From an uncultured Planctomycetota bacterium (GTDB lineage: Bacteria; Planctomycetota; Planctomycetia; Isosphaerales; Isosphaeraceae): a stretch of 64,000 nt of DNA. Below are positions 53,704-64,000 of the stretch, one piece after another. Each line of letters opens with the position of its first letter. The first letter of the stretch is position 1. The notes under the pieces were generated by a model. The model had not been told where the DNA came from. It searched no databases and was given only the letters and a program-made list of their open reading frames with translations. The stretch is from the NCBI GenBank assembly GCA_963845755.1, contig CAWJTV010000013.1, forward strand, positions 287,973 to 351,972, read 5' to 3'. The position numbers were made by a program, and so were the translations under genes.

Positions 53704-55104
53704 ATGATCGAACTGAAGGAAGCTCCCAAGGAGGGTGCGCTAGACCAGCATTGGACCGACACTTGGAACGACAGGGATCAAGGATCCTTCCGCGCACTGC
53801 TTTCCCGGATCGAAAACCGGACAGCGAGGGTCGGGATTATTGGGCTGGGTTACGTGGGATTGCCACTGGCCCGCGCATTCGTGGAGAAAGGATATTCTGT
53901 TCTGGGTTTCGACACCGATGCGAGCAAGGTTGAGCGATTGAGGGGCGGGGCAAGCTACATCGGCCACATTCCGGATGATGTTGTCCGTCAGATGCAGGCT
54001 CGAGAGTTCGAGCCAACCAACGATTTCCTTCGGCTCGGCGAACCCGAGGCGATCATCATCTGCGTGCCGACGCCTTTGACGGAGGCGCGTGAGCCGGACC
54101 TCAGCTATGTGATCAGGTCATCCGAGGCGATTGCCACCGTGTTGCGTCCCGGACAGCTCGTGATTCTCGAGAGCACGACATACCCCGGTACCACCAGGCA
54201 GGTCGTGTTACCCATCCTGGAAGCCAAGGGGCTCACGGCGGGCCGGGATTTCTTCCTGGCGTTCAGTCCCGAGCGTGAGGATCCCGGTAACCCGGATTTC
54301 TCCGCGCCGAAAATCCCCAAGGTTGTTGGAGGGTTGGAGCGGCAAAGTCTCGAGCTGGCTGCCACGCTCTATGGCCAGGCTATGGCCGAGGTCGTGCGCG
54401 TCTCCAGCCCCGAGGTCGCCGAGGCTTGCAAGATCCTTGAGAATACCTACCGTGCGGTGAACATCGCCCTGGTCAACGAGTTGAAGGTGTTGTACGACCG
54501 CATGGGGATCGACGTCTGGGAGGTGATCGAGGCGGCCAAGACCAAGCCGTTCGGCTTCCAGGCCTTCTATCCTGGCCCCGGACTGGGCGGTCATTGTATA
54601 CCGATCGATCCCTTCTACCTCACCTGGGTCGCGCGGAAGTATGGCTTCGCGACCCGATTCATCGAACTGGCCGGTGAGATCAACACATCGATGCCATCCT
54701 ATGTCGTCGGCAAGGTGGCCGACGCGCTCAACTCCCAGGCCAAGCCGGTCAATGGGAGCAAGATTGCTCTGCTCGGGATGGCTTACAAGAAGGATGTCTG
54801 ACGATCCTGCGCGAGTCGCCGGGATTCGAATTGATGGACTTGCTCCTGCGGAAAGGCGCGATGGTCAGCTACAACGATCCGCACATCCCCGTGCTTCCCA
54901 CCATGCGCCATTACCCCCGCTTGGGAATGTCCAGCACGGAGTTGACGGCGGATTACCTGCGCTCTTCAAGATTGCGTCATCATTGCGACTGATCATTCCG
55001 CTTATGACTGGGCCTGGGTGCTCGAACATTCCTCACTGGTCGTCGATACACGGAACGCGACGAGGAATGTGAGAGGCCGCCATTCGAATGTCGTCTTGGC
55101 ATAG
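53704..55104 (+). CDS. Nucleotide-sugar dehydrogenase (UDP-GlcNAc/ManNAc type); frameshifts near 54800-54815 and 54965
   Basis: IIGLGYVGLP, ICVPTP, LESTTYPGTT, FSPER, CKILENTYR, GPGLGGHCIP, LGMAYKKDV, ATDH, DTRN. Confidence 0.9.
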
Positions 55105-55225
55105 GGCTGTTTGTCAAGAACGCAGCCAATACGTGTCCGTCCGGTGAAGTGCATCTACAAAGCGGCGTGACTCCCCGCGATGATAGTGCTGTCGGGGCCA
55201 GTGGTCCCGTCAGGGAGATCACGCC

Positions 55226-55591
55226 GTGTCTCGAAGCCGAACCATCGATCTACGATGGAATGCCCTCCTCAACGATTTCCGCAGGAGCGGTCTGACTCAA
55301 GCCGAGTTCTGCCGCCTTCGCCAAATCTCGCTTCACTCCTTCCGAAAGCATCTCTACCAGCCCGCCCCGGCCGATCGCACTCCCAGCGACGATCGTCCTT
55401 TCGCCAGTGCCGACCGCCATTTCCTCCCGGTCACTATCCTTCCCGATCCCATCCCGCCGAGCGCCGCCTCGGGACCCCACCTCGAACTCATCCTCTCCAA
55501 CGGACGTCGGATCGCCGTCGCCCCCGGATTCGACCCCCTGACCCTCCGCCATCTCATCGCGGTCGTGGAGGGACGCCCATGTTCGGACTGA
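55226..55591 (+). CDS. tnpA: IS66 accessory protein TnpA
   Basis: W...FRRSGLTQAEFCR, FLPV, LELILSNG. Confidence 0.8.
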   Translation: MSRSRTIDLRWNALLNDFRRSGLTQAEFCRLRQISLHSFRKHLYQPAPADRTPSDDRPFASADRHFLPVTILPDPIPPSAASGPHLELILSNGRRIAVAPGFDPLTLRHLIAVVEGRPCSD

Positions 55592-55913
55592 GCGCCGCGG
55601 TCCGCGTCTATCTCGCCAAACAGCCGGCCGACATGCGCAAGAGCTTTGACGGCCTGGCCGCCCTGGCATCAGGCAGCCTGGCGCTAGATCCCCTCTCCGG
55701 TCATCTCTTCGTCTTCGTCAACAAGCGCCGCGACCGCATCAAGATCCTGTACTGGGATCGCGATGGCCTGGCCGTCTGGGCCAAGAAGTACGAGTAAGAC
55801 TGCCCCCATCCTCTCGACTTTACAGGAATCGTCGGACACCCCCATAATCGCGCTGGCCGGCCTGATGCGGCTGGCGGAATGGATCGAAGCTCAACACCCC
55901 GTGATCCAAGGAG

Positions 55914-56111
55914 GTGCCCCATGTCGCGAGACGCCGGACTCGTTGCTCCCCCCCGCGCACGTCGGTCGTTCGGCCGTCGGTGCTGGACCAACTCTGGAGC
56001 CGACTGACGGACGAGCAGCGTCAACGAACGCTGCTCACCCTCAGCGACATCGTGACTCGACAACTCGGCGCGCCTCGCACCGCTCAGGAGGTGCGCGATG
56101 AAATCTCGTGA
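55914..56111 (+). CDS. Small protein overlapping the recombinase start (copy 1)
   Basis: QLWSRLTDEQRQRTLLTLSDIV; open in both copies; start uncertain. Confidence 0.5.
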   Translation: MPHVARRRTRCSPPRTSVVRPSVLDQLWSRLTDEQRQRTLLTLSDIVTRQLGAPRTAQEVRDEIS

Positions 56112-58279
56112 TGCACGGGCCGTCAATCGCACGGACAGATCAATCGACGAGACTCCATCGACCTCCACCTTCGGCCAGAGGTCGAGCTCGAAGATTGGCG
56201 ATCGGCATCTCGATCGACTCGCGATCGTGTACGTGCGGCAGTCGACGCCGCAGCAAGTCCTCGAGAACCGCGAGTCTCGCGAACGGCAGTATGCTCTGGC
56301 GCAGTTCGCGCAACGGCTCGGTTGGCCCGCAGAGCGGGTGGTGATCATCGACGAGGATCAGGGCCACGGCGGCAAGTTGACCGACCATCGCACGGGCTTC
56401 CAGCGGTTGATGACGGAAGTGAGCTTGAACCACGTGGGGATCGTGCTGGGGTTGGAGCTTAGCAGGGTGTCGCGGTCGAATACCGAATGGCATCGTCTTA
56501 TCGACGTCTGCGGCATCTTTCGCACCCTGCTATGCGATCAAGATGGCGTCTACGATGCCTTGGACAGTAACGATCGTCTCCTCCTTGGCATGAAAAGCGC
56601 AATGAGCGAATACGAATTGATTACTATGTACAATCGTTTGCTTCGAGGCAGTCGGAACAAAGCGGAGCGCGGCGAGCTGTTCCTGGCCGTTCCGCTGGGA
56701 TACCTCAAGACGGCCACGGGCGAGATCATTCAAGAGCCTGACGAGCAGGCGCGTGGAATGATTCAGTTGGTGTTCGAGAAGTTCGAGGAACTCGGTTCCG
56801 CCTACGCGGTCTTCCGTTACCTGGTCGTGAACAACCTGCAACTGGGATTTCGCCGTCATCGCGGTGGGCGCATTGGGGAGCTGGAGTGGAAGCCAGCCTC
56901 TCCCAGTCGAGTCCTGTCGATCTTGCGACACCCCATCTATGCGGGGGCATACGCTTATGGCCTACATCGCGCGGGGACGAAGAATCCCACGACGGGTCGA
57001 GCCGAAGGCGGCAAGTGGTTCGTGCCGCCCGAGGAGTTGGCCGTGTTCCTGCCGGATCGGCTCCCAGCGTACATTAGCTGGGATCGCTATCTCGCGAATC
57101 AGGAACGCCTCAAACAGAATCGATCGCTCCACGACACGCGGGGCGTGCCCAAACGCGGCGAGGCCTTGCTGCCCGGCCTGGTCGTCTGTGGGAAATGCGG
57201 CCGCCACATGACGACGCGATACAAGGCCGACAAGAAGCCCGGCTATCACTGCGGCGAGTATTGGCGGCTGGCCCTGGACGAGCCGTGCGGGTGCATCTCG
57301 GCAAAGACGCTGGACGACCTGGTCGCGAAGGAAGTGCTCCGCGCGTTGGAGCCCGCTGCGCTGGACCTGAGCCTACGCGCGATCGAGAACGCCGAGCGAG
57401 AGCGCAAGCGCCTCCACGACCATTGGCGTCAGACTCTGGAACGCGCACGCCAGGAGGTCGAGAGGGCCGAGCGGCAGTATCAGGCCGTGGAGCCCGAGAA
57501 CCGACTCGTGGCGCGGACACTCGAGGCGCGGTGGGAGGACGCGCTGAAGAAGCAGCGTCAAACGGAGGAGGATTACCATCGGTTCCTGACGAGACTGCCG
57601 GCGACGCTGAACGACGCCGATCGCCAACGGATTCGATCGCTCTCCGAGAGCGTCGCCGCGCTCTGGCACGCACCAGGCACGTCGGCGATGGATCGCAAGC
57701 AGATCGGTGCGCTGCGCGGTGGAGCGGGTCATTGTCGTGGCCGACAAGGCGACTGAGCTCAACGAGGTAACGATCGTTTGGCTCGGCGGCATGACAACCC
57801 AACAGCAGGTCGCGAGGCCAGTCGGCAGGTATGAGCAATTGAAGGATTTTCGACGCCTCACGGAACGAATCAAGCAACTCCATCGAGAAGGACTTCACCT
57901 GTCGCAGATCGCCGCGCGGCTCAATGCCGAGGGCTTCGTCCCGCCGCGCCGTCGCGGCGTGTTCACGGCGGGAACGATCGGGGCGTTGGTCCGTGAACTT
58001 GGGCTGGTCGGAGAACTGTTCCGCGACGACCTCGTCGGCCAGGACGAGTGGTGGATCCCCGACTTGGCCGGGAAACTCGGCGTCATCGCCCAGAAGGTCC
58101 ATTATTGGATCAAGCAGGGTTGGGTCCATTCGCGGCGTACGCCTTCGGGAAAGCATCTGATCGTGTGGGCCGACAAGGACGAGGTTCGTCGCCTGCGACA
58201 ACTGGCCAGACGAAAGAACTCCTGGATCGCCGCCCGGCACCCTGAGTTGGTCGTTCCCAAGGACCGTCCCGACCGGTAG
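56098..58279 (+). CDS. Large serine recombinase (frameshift near 57707)
   Basis: YVRQST catalytic motif, SRVSR, PLGY, recombinase domain, CGKCG zinc ribbon, coiled coil, C-terminal HTH-like extension. Confidence 0.92.
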
Positions 58280-58595
58280 CAAGAGAGGCCGCCGATTCGT
58301 GGCGGCAGTAGCCCAACGTCTCAGGATTTGTGTAACGCCACAAGAACGAGGGTCCTGTGATGCCAGCATCAAGAGGCTCGAACGCGGCACCTTCCGCATC
58401 CCGGACGCGGCGGCCGATCGCGTCGAGATGACCACCGCCGAACTCGCCGCCCTCCTGGCCGGCATCGATCTGGACAAGGCCCGACGGCGCGTCCGCTACT
58501 CGCGGCCCGCCACTCCCCTTCGAAATTCGGAGAATAATCTACCGACAGGAGCATAATGCGCCAACAATCGAGCACCCGTCAACGTAGTATAGGGT

Positions 58596-59453
58596 ATGAT
58601 CACCCTCGCGGACCCACTCCCGGACGACCTGGAGGCGGCCCATCAGCTCATCCGTGAGCTGCTCAAGTCGCTCGCCCAGCAGGTCCATCTCAACGAGAAG
58701 CTCCAGCACCAGCTCGAGCAGCTCCTCCGCCAGCGCGACGGTCCCAAAGGGGAGCGGATCGACCCGGCCCAGCTCTTGCTCTTCGCCCGGGAGATCCTGG
58801 AGCAGGCCGAGGCGGCGCCGACACCCGCCCCGACCCCGGAGCCGGCCCCGGCCCCGACGCCCGCTCCGAGTGCGGCCCAGAAGAAGGGCCACGGACGCAA
58901 GCCGTTGCCGGCGAGCCTGCCCCGAGTGCCGGTCTTGCACGACGTCCCGCCCGAACAACGCACTTGCCCCGACTGCGGCGCCGAGCGCACCTGCATCGGC
59001 CGGGAAGTCCGCGAGCAACTCGAATTCATCCCCGCCCGCCTGGTCATCCTCGAACACATCCGCCCCAAGTACGCTTGCCAGGACTGCCAGGCCAACGTCG
59101 TGATCGCCGACGTGCTCCCCGAGCCGATCGACAAGGGCCTGCCAGGCCCGGGGCTGCTGGCTTACGTCGCCGTCAGCAAATATGCCGATCACTTGCCGCT
59201 CTATCGCCTCGAGGGAATCCTCGATCGCTCGGGCGTCGAGTTGTCGCGGTCGACGATGTGCGACTGGATGGCCACGATCGCCGATCTGCTCAAGCCGATC
59301 GTCGATCTGATGCTGAAGAAGATCCTCAGCTCCAGGGTCGTCCAGAACGACGACACGACGGTGCCGGTGCAGGACCACGACGGCAAGGGGATCAAGACCG
59401 GCCGGCTCTGGGTCTCCGTCGGCGACCGCGGCCATCCTTACGTGGTCTATCGC
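58596..59453 (+). pseudogene. tnpC: IS66 TnpC, 3'-truncated
   Basis: GPKGERID, GHGRKPLP, CPDCG, KYADHLPLYR, QNDDT; cut by recombinase element copy 2. Confidence 0.88.
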
Positions 59454-59544
59454 CAGGAATCGTCGGACACCCCCATAATCGCGCTCGCTGGCCTGATGCG
59501 GCTGGCGGAATGGATCGAAGCTCAACACCCAGTGATCCAAGGAG

Positions 59545-59742
59545 GTGCCCCATGTCGCGAGACGCCGGACTCTTTGCTCCCCCCCGCGCACGTCGGTCGA
59601 TCGGCCGTCGGTGCTGGACCAACTCTGGAGCCGACTGACGAACGAGCAGCGTCAGCAAACGCTGCTCACCCTCAGCGACATCGTGATTCGACAACTCGAC
59701 GCGCCTCGCACCGCTCAGGAGGTGCGCGATGAAATCTCGTGA
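59545..59742 (+). CDS. Small protein overlapping the recombinase start (copy 2)
   Basis: Near-identical to 55914-56111. Confidence 0.5.
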   Translation: MPHVARRRTLCSPPRTSVDRPSVLDQLWSRLTNEQRQQTLLTLSDIVIRQLDAPRTAQEVRDEIS

Positions 59743-61899
59743 TGCACGTGCTGTCAGTCGCACGGACAGATCAACCGACGAGACTCCATCGACCTCTACC
59801 TTCGGCCAGAGGTCGAGCTCGAAGATTGGCGACCGGCATCTCGATCGACTCGCGATCGTGTACGTGCGGCAGTCGACGCCGCAGCAAGTGCTGGAGAACC
59901 GCGAGTCTCGCGAACGGCAGTATGCTCTGGCGCAGTTCGCGCAACGGCTCGGTTGGCCCGCAGAGCGGGTGGTGATCATCGACGAGGATCAGGGCCACGG
60001 CGGCAAGTTGACCGACCATCGCACGGGCTTCCAGCGGTTGATGACGGAAGTGAGCTTGAACCACGTGGGGATCGTGCTGGGGTTGGAGCTTAGCAGGGTG
60101 TCGCGGTCGAATACCGAATGGCATCGTCTCATCGACGTCTGCGGCATCTTTCACACCCTGCTATGCGATCAAGATGGCGTCTACGATGCCTTGGACAGAA
60201 CGATCGTCTTCTCCTTGGCATGAAAAGCGCGATGAGCGAATATGAATTGATTACTATGTACAATCGTTTGCTTCGAGGCAGTCGAAACAAAGCGGAGCGC
60301 GGCGAGCTGTTCCTGGCCGTTCCGCTGGGATACCTCAAGACGGCCACGGGCGAGATCATTCAAGAGCCTGACGAGCAGGCGCGTGGAATGATTCAGTTGG
60401 TGTTCGAGAAGTTCGAGGAACTCGGTTCCGCCTACGCGGTCTTCCGTTACCTGGTCGTGAACAACCTGCAACTGGGATTTCGCCGTCATCGCGGTGGGCG
60501 CATTGGGGAGCTGGAGTGGAAGCCAGCCTCTCCCAGTCGAGTCCTGTCGATCTTGCGACACCCCATCTATGCGGGGGCATACGCTTATGGCCTACACCGC
60601 GCGGGAACGAAGAATCCCACGACGGGTCGAGCCGAAGGCGGCAAGTGGTTCGTGCCGCCCGAGGAGTTGGCCGTGTTCCTGCCGGATCGGCTCCCGGCGT
60701 ACATTAGCTGGGATCGATATCTCGCGAATCAGGAACGCCTCAAACAGAATCGATCGCTCCACGACACGCGGGGCGTGCCCAAACGCGGCGAGGCCTTGCT
60801 GCCCGGCTTGGTCGTCTGTGGGAAATGCGGCCGCCACATGACGACGCGATACAAGGCCGACAAGAACCCGGCTATCACTGCGGCGAGTATTCGCGGCTGG
60901 CCTTGGACGAGCCGTGCGGGTGCATCTCGGCAAAGACGCTGGAGACTTGGTCGCGAAGGAAGTGCTCCGCGCGTTGGAGCCCGCTGCGCTGGATCTGAGC
61001 CTACGCGCGATCGAGAACGCCGAGCGAGAGCGCAAGCGCCTCCACGACCATTGGCGTCAGACTCTGGAACGCGCACGCAGGAGGTCGAAGGGCCGAGCGG
61101 CAGTATCAGGCCGTGGAGCCCGAGAACCGACTCGTGGCGCGGACACTCGAGGCGCGGTGGGAGGACGCGCTGAAAAAGCGTCAAGCGGAGGAGGATTACC
61201 ATCGGTTCCTGACGAGACTGCCGGCGACGCTGAGCGACGCCGAGCGCCAACGGATTCGATCGCTTTCCGAGAGCGTCGCCGCGCTCTGGCACGCCCGGGC
61301 ACGTCGGCGATGGATCGCAAGCAGATCGTGCGCTGCATGGTGGAGCGGGTCATTGTCGTGGCCGACAAGGCGACTGAGCTCAACGAGGTAACGATCGTTT
61401 GGCATGGCGGCATGACAACCCAACATCAGGTCGCGAGGCCAGTCGGCAGATATGAGCAATTGAAAGATTTTCGACGCCTCACGGAACGAATCAAGCAACT
61501 CCATCGAGAGGCACTTCACCTGTCGCAGATCGCCGCGCGGCTCAATGCCGAGGGCTTCGTCCCGCCGCGCCGTCGCGGCGTGTTCACGGCGGGAACGATC
61601 GGGGCGTTGGTCCGTGAACTTGGGCTGGTCGGAGAACTGTTCCGCGACGACCTCGTCGGCAGGACGAATGGTGGATCCCCGACCTGGCCGGGAAACTCGG
61701 CGTCATCGCCCAGAAGGTCCATTATTGGGTCAAGCAGGGTTGGGTCCATTCGCGTCGTACGCCTTCGGGAAAGCATCTGATCGTGTGGGCCGACCAGGAC
61801 GAGGTTCGTCGCCTGCGACAACTGGCCAGACGGAAGAACTCCTGGATCGCCGCCCGGCACCCCGAGTTGGTCGTTCCCAAGGACCGTCCCGACCGATAG
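59729..61899 (+). pseudogene. Large serine recombinase copy 2, multiple frameshifts
   Basis: Same protein as copy 1, spread over several overlapping ORFs. Confidence 0.85.
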
Positions 61900-61989
61900 C
61901 AAGAGAGGCCGCCGATTCGTAGCGGCAGTAACCCGACGTCTCAGGATTTGTGTAACGCCACAAGAACGAGGGTCCTGTGATGCCAGCAT

Positions 61990-62168
61990 CAAGAGACTCG
62001 AACGCGGCACGTTCCGCCTCCCGGAGGCCGGGGCCGACCGCGTCGAGATGACCACGGCCGAACTCGCCGCCTTCCTGGCCGGTATCGACCTGAACACGGC
62101 CCGACGGCGCGTCCGCTACTCCCGGCCCGCCACTCCCCTTCAAAATTCGGAGAATAATCTACCGATAG
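61990..62168 (+). pseudogene. tnpB: IS66 TnpB 3' half (copy 2)
   Basis: KRLERGTFRLP...LAAFLAGIDL. Confidence 0.8.
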
Positions 62169-62215
62169 GAGCATAATCCGCCAACAATCGAGCACCCGTC
62201 AACGTAGTATAGGGT

Positions 62216-63789
62216 ATGATTACCCTCGCAGATCCACTCCCGGACGACCTGGAAGCGGCTCATCAGCTCATCCGTGAGCTGCTCAAGACGCTCGCTGAGC
62301 AGATCCATCTCAACGAGAAGCTCCAGCACCAGATCGAACAGCTCCTCCGTCAGCGCTACGGCCCCAAAGGCGAGCGGATCGACCCGGCTCAGCTCCTGCT
62401 CTTCGCCCAGGAGATCCTGGCGCAGGCCGAGGCGACGCCGACACCCGAAGCGACCCCGGAACCGGTCCCGGACCCGACGCCCGCCCCGAGTGCGGCCCAG
62501 AAGAAGGGCCACGGCCGCAAGCCGTTGCCGGCGAGCCTGCCCCGAGAGCCGGTCTTGCATGACGTCCCGCCCGAACAGCGCACTTGCCCCGACTGCGGCG
62601 CCGAGCGGACCTGCATCGGCCAGGAAGTCCGCGAGCAACTCGAATTCATCCCCGCCTGCCTGGTCATGCTCGAACACATCCGCCCCAAGTACGCCTGCCA
62701 GGCCTGCGAGGCCAACGTCGTGATCGCCGACGTGCTCCCCGAGCCGATCGACAAGGGTCTGCCCGGTCCGGGGCTCATGGCTTATATCGCCGTCAGCAAA
62801 TATGGCGATCACTTGCCGCTTTATCGCCTCGAGGGGATCCTCGAGCGCTCGGGCGTCGAGTTGTCGCGGTCGACGATGTGCGACTGGATGGCGCGATCGC
62901 CGAACTGCTCGAGCCGATCGTCGATCTGATGCTGAAGAGGATCCTCGCCTCCCGGGTCGTCCAGAACGACGACACGACGGTCCCGGTGCAGGACCACGAC
63001 GGCAAGGGGATCAAGACCGGCCGGCTCTGGGTCTCCATCGGCGACCGCGGCCATCCTTACATGGTCTATACCTAGACGCCGGACCGCAGCGCCACCGGGC
63101 CCCGGGAGATCTTCAAGGACTTCCAGGGTTATCTCCAGGCCGACGCCTATTCGGCCTACGACGGCCTGTACAAGTCGGGCGAGATTATCGAGGTCGGCTG
63201 CATGATGCACGCGCGACGGAAGTTCTACGAGGCGCGGACCGTCGACCCGCAACGGTCCCATCAGGCGCTGGCATGGATCAGCCTGCTCTACGACGTCGAA
63301 CGCGACGCCAAGAAGCGCGCGACCGCGGACTACGAGGCCTTCGTCGCGTTCCGGCACGAACTGCGAAACGAGCGATCGCGTTCGATCTTCGACAAGTTTC
63401 ACGCCTGGCTGGAAGCCGAGCAGCCCAAGGTTCTGCCCAAGAGTCCGATCGGCGAAGCGATCCAGTATGCCTTGAACCATTGGGAGGCCCTGAAGCGTCC
63501 GTTGGAGGCCGGGTTCCTCGAACTGGACAACGGTGCGTGCGAGCGCGCGTTCAAGCCCGTGGCGCTGGGACGGAAGAACTGGTTATTCGCGGGGAGCGAC
63601 CAGGGAGGCCAGACGGCGGCCGTGTTGATGAGCTTGTGCACGACCTGCAAGAATCTGGGGATCGACCCCCAGGCTTACCTCCGCGATGTGCTCGATCGGA
63701 TCAGCACGCACCCGGCGAAGCGGATCGACGAACTGCTGCCGGACCGCTGGCAGGAGTTGCACCAGGCCGGCGCCGACGGGACTGAGTGA
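62216..63789 (+). pseudogene. tnpC: IS66 TnpC (frameshift about 62892, TAG at 63073)
   Basis: KYGDHLPLYR, LQADAY, CMMHARRKF, AIQYALNHW, DNGACERA, GRKNWLFAGS. Confidence 0.88.
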
Positions 63790-64000
63790 CCGCACCCGAG
63801 CCCCGCGCTCCTCGTCACCCCGGACGAGCGCGGGGCGATCTGCGCGCCCTCAAGGTTTGTCCCGCCCCAAGTTCGTCTCGGCCCGGCGCGAGCGCGGGAT
63901 GATCGCGTGCGCCGAGCACAGTGAAAGAATCAAGACGGTGCCCCGAACATCATCTCACGCCCGTGAACCGCTTTGAAGATGTGGTTCACCGGACGCACTC

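Larger units (their letters stand above)
55787..58374 (+). mobile_element. About 2.6-kb large-serine-recombinase element, copy 1
   Basis: Bounded by a CAAGA core at 55782-55786 and 58370-58374; removal restores tnpB. Confidence 0.88.
55579..58556 (+). pseudogene. tnpB: IS66 TnpB interrupted by the recombinase element (halves 55579-55786 and 58370-58556)
   Basis: DMRKSFDGL...KILYWDRDGLAVWAK | RLERGTF...LAALLAGIDL; the halves rejoin in frame. Confidence 0.9.
59454..61994 (+). mobile_element. Large-serine-recombinase element, copy 2 (lacks the first ~36 bp)
   Basis: Highly similar to 55823-58374; same right junction CATCAAGA into the tnpB 3' half. Confidence 0.88.
55133..64000 (+). mobile_element. 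IS66-family composite region (two partial IS66 copies, each with a serine-recombinase insert)
   Basis: IR GTGTCCGTCCGGTGAA..CATCTACAAAGCGG at 55133 and the complementary IR at 63968-64000; tnpA/tnpB/tnpC order. Confidence 0.85.

Noticed and set aside
55579..58556. tnpB as an RNA-guided IS200/IS605 TnpB nuclease
   Set aside because: This is the unrelated small IS66 accessory TnpB; no RuvC motifs
58814..58870. CCG-rich short tandem repeats
   Set aside because: They encode the Pro/Ala linker of IS66 TnpC
1..64000. CRISPR array, rRNA or tRNA genes
   Set aside because: No regularly spaced repeats, cas genes or structural RNA signatures were seen by eye

Overview
GC-rich bacterial window, probably from a planctomycete (Isosphaeraceae-like). 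That is an inference from the LEPR-xLL extracellular N-terminus, a PEP-CTERM protein and the gene content. There are three zones. (1) About 0.3-28.6 kb is a co-oriented exopolysaccharide/surface-glycan locus: GT2, GT4 and GT-C glycosyltransferases, an O-antigen ligase/polymerase-like protein, RmlC-like and WecB-like enzymes, deacetylases, two paralogous beta-helix proteins and a PEP-CTERM protein. (2) About 29.0-40.4 kb is an unusual operon-like biosynthetic cluster: CADD-type heme-oxygenase-like diiron enzyme, ACP, AMP-ligase, ACT-less aspartate kinase, SDR, FATP-type acyl-CoA synthetase, PLP decarboxylase, MetY, MetA and a GNAT-like protein. This is the best candidate for an undescribed system. 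(3) About 40.4-64 kb is a nest of mobile elements around a nucleotide-sugar dehydrogenase: a group II intron inserted inside the terminal inverted repeat of a 125-bp MITE, nested IS3/ISL3/Mutator-like/ISAs1 elements, and an IS66 region carrying two copies of a minimal large-serine-recombinase element at the same tnpB site. Three inserted segments are bracketed by diverged direct duplications of host gene sequence. Many single-base frameshifts in otherwise intact genes look like assembly errors. All product calls come from motif recognition only; no database searches were run.
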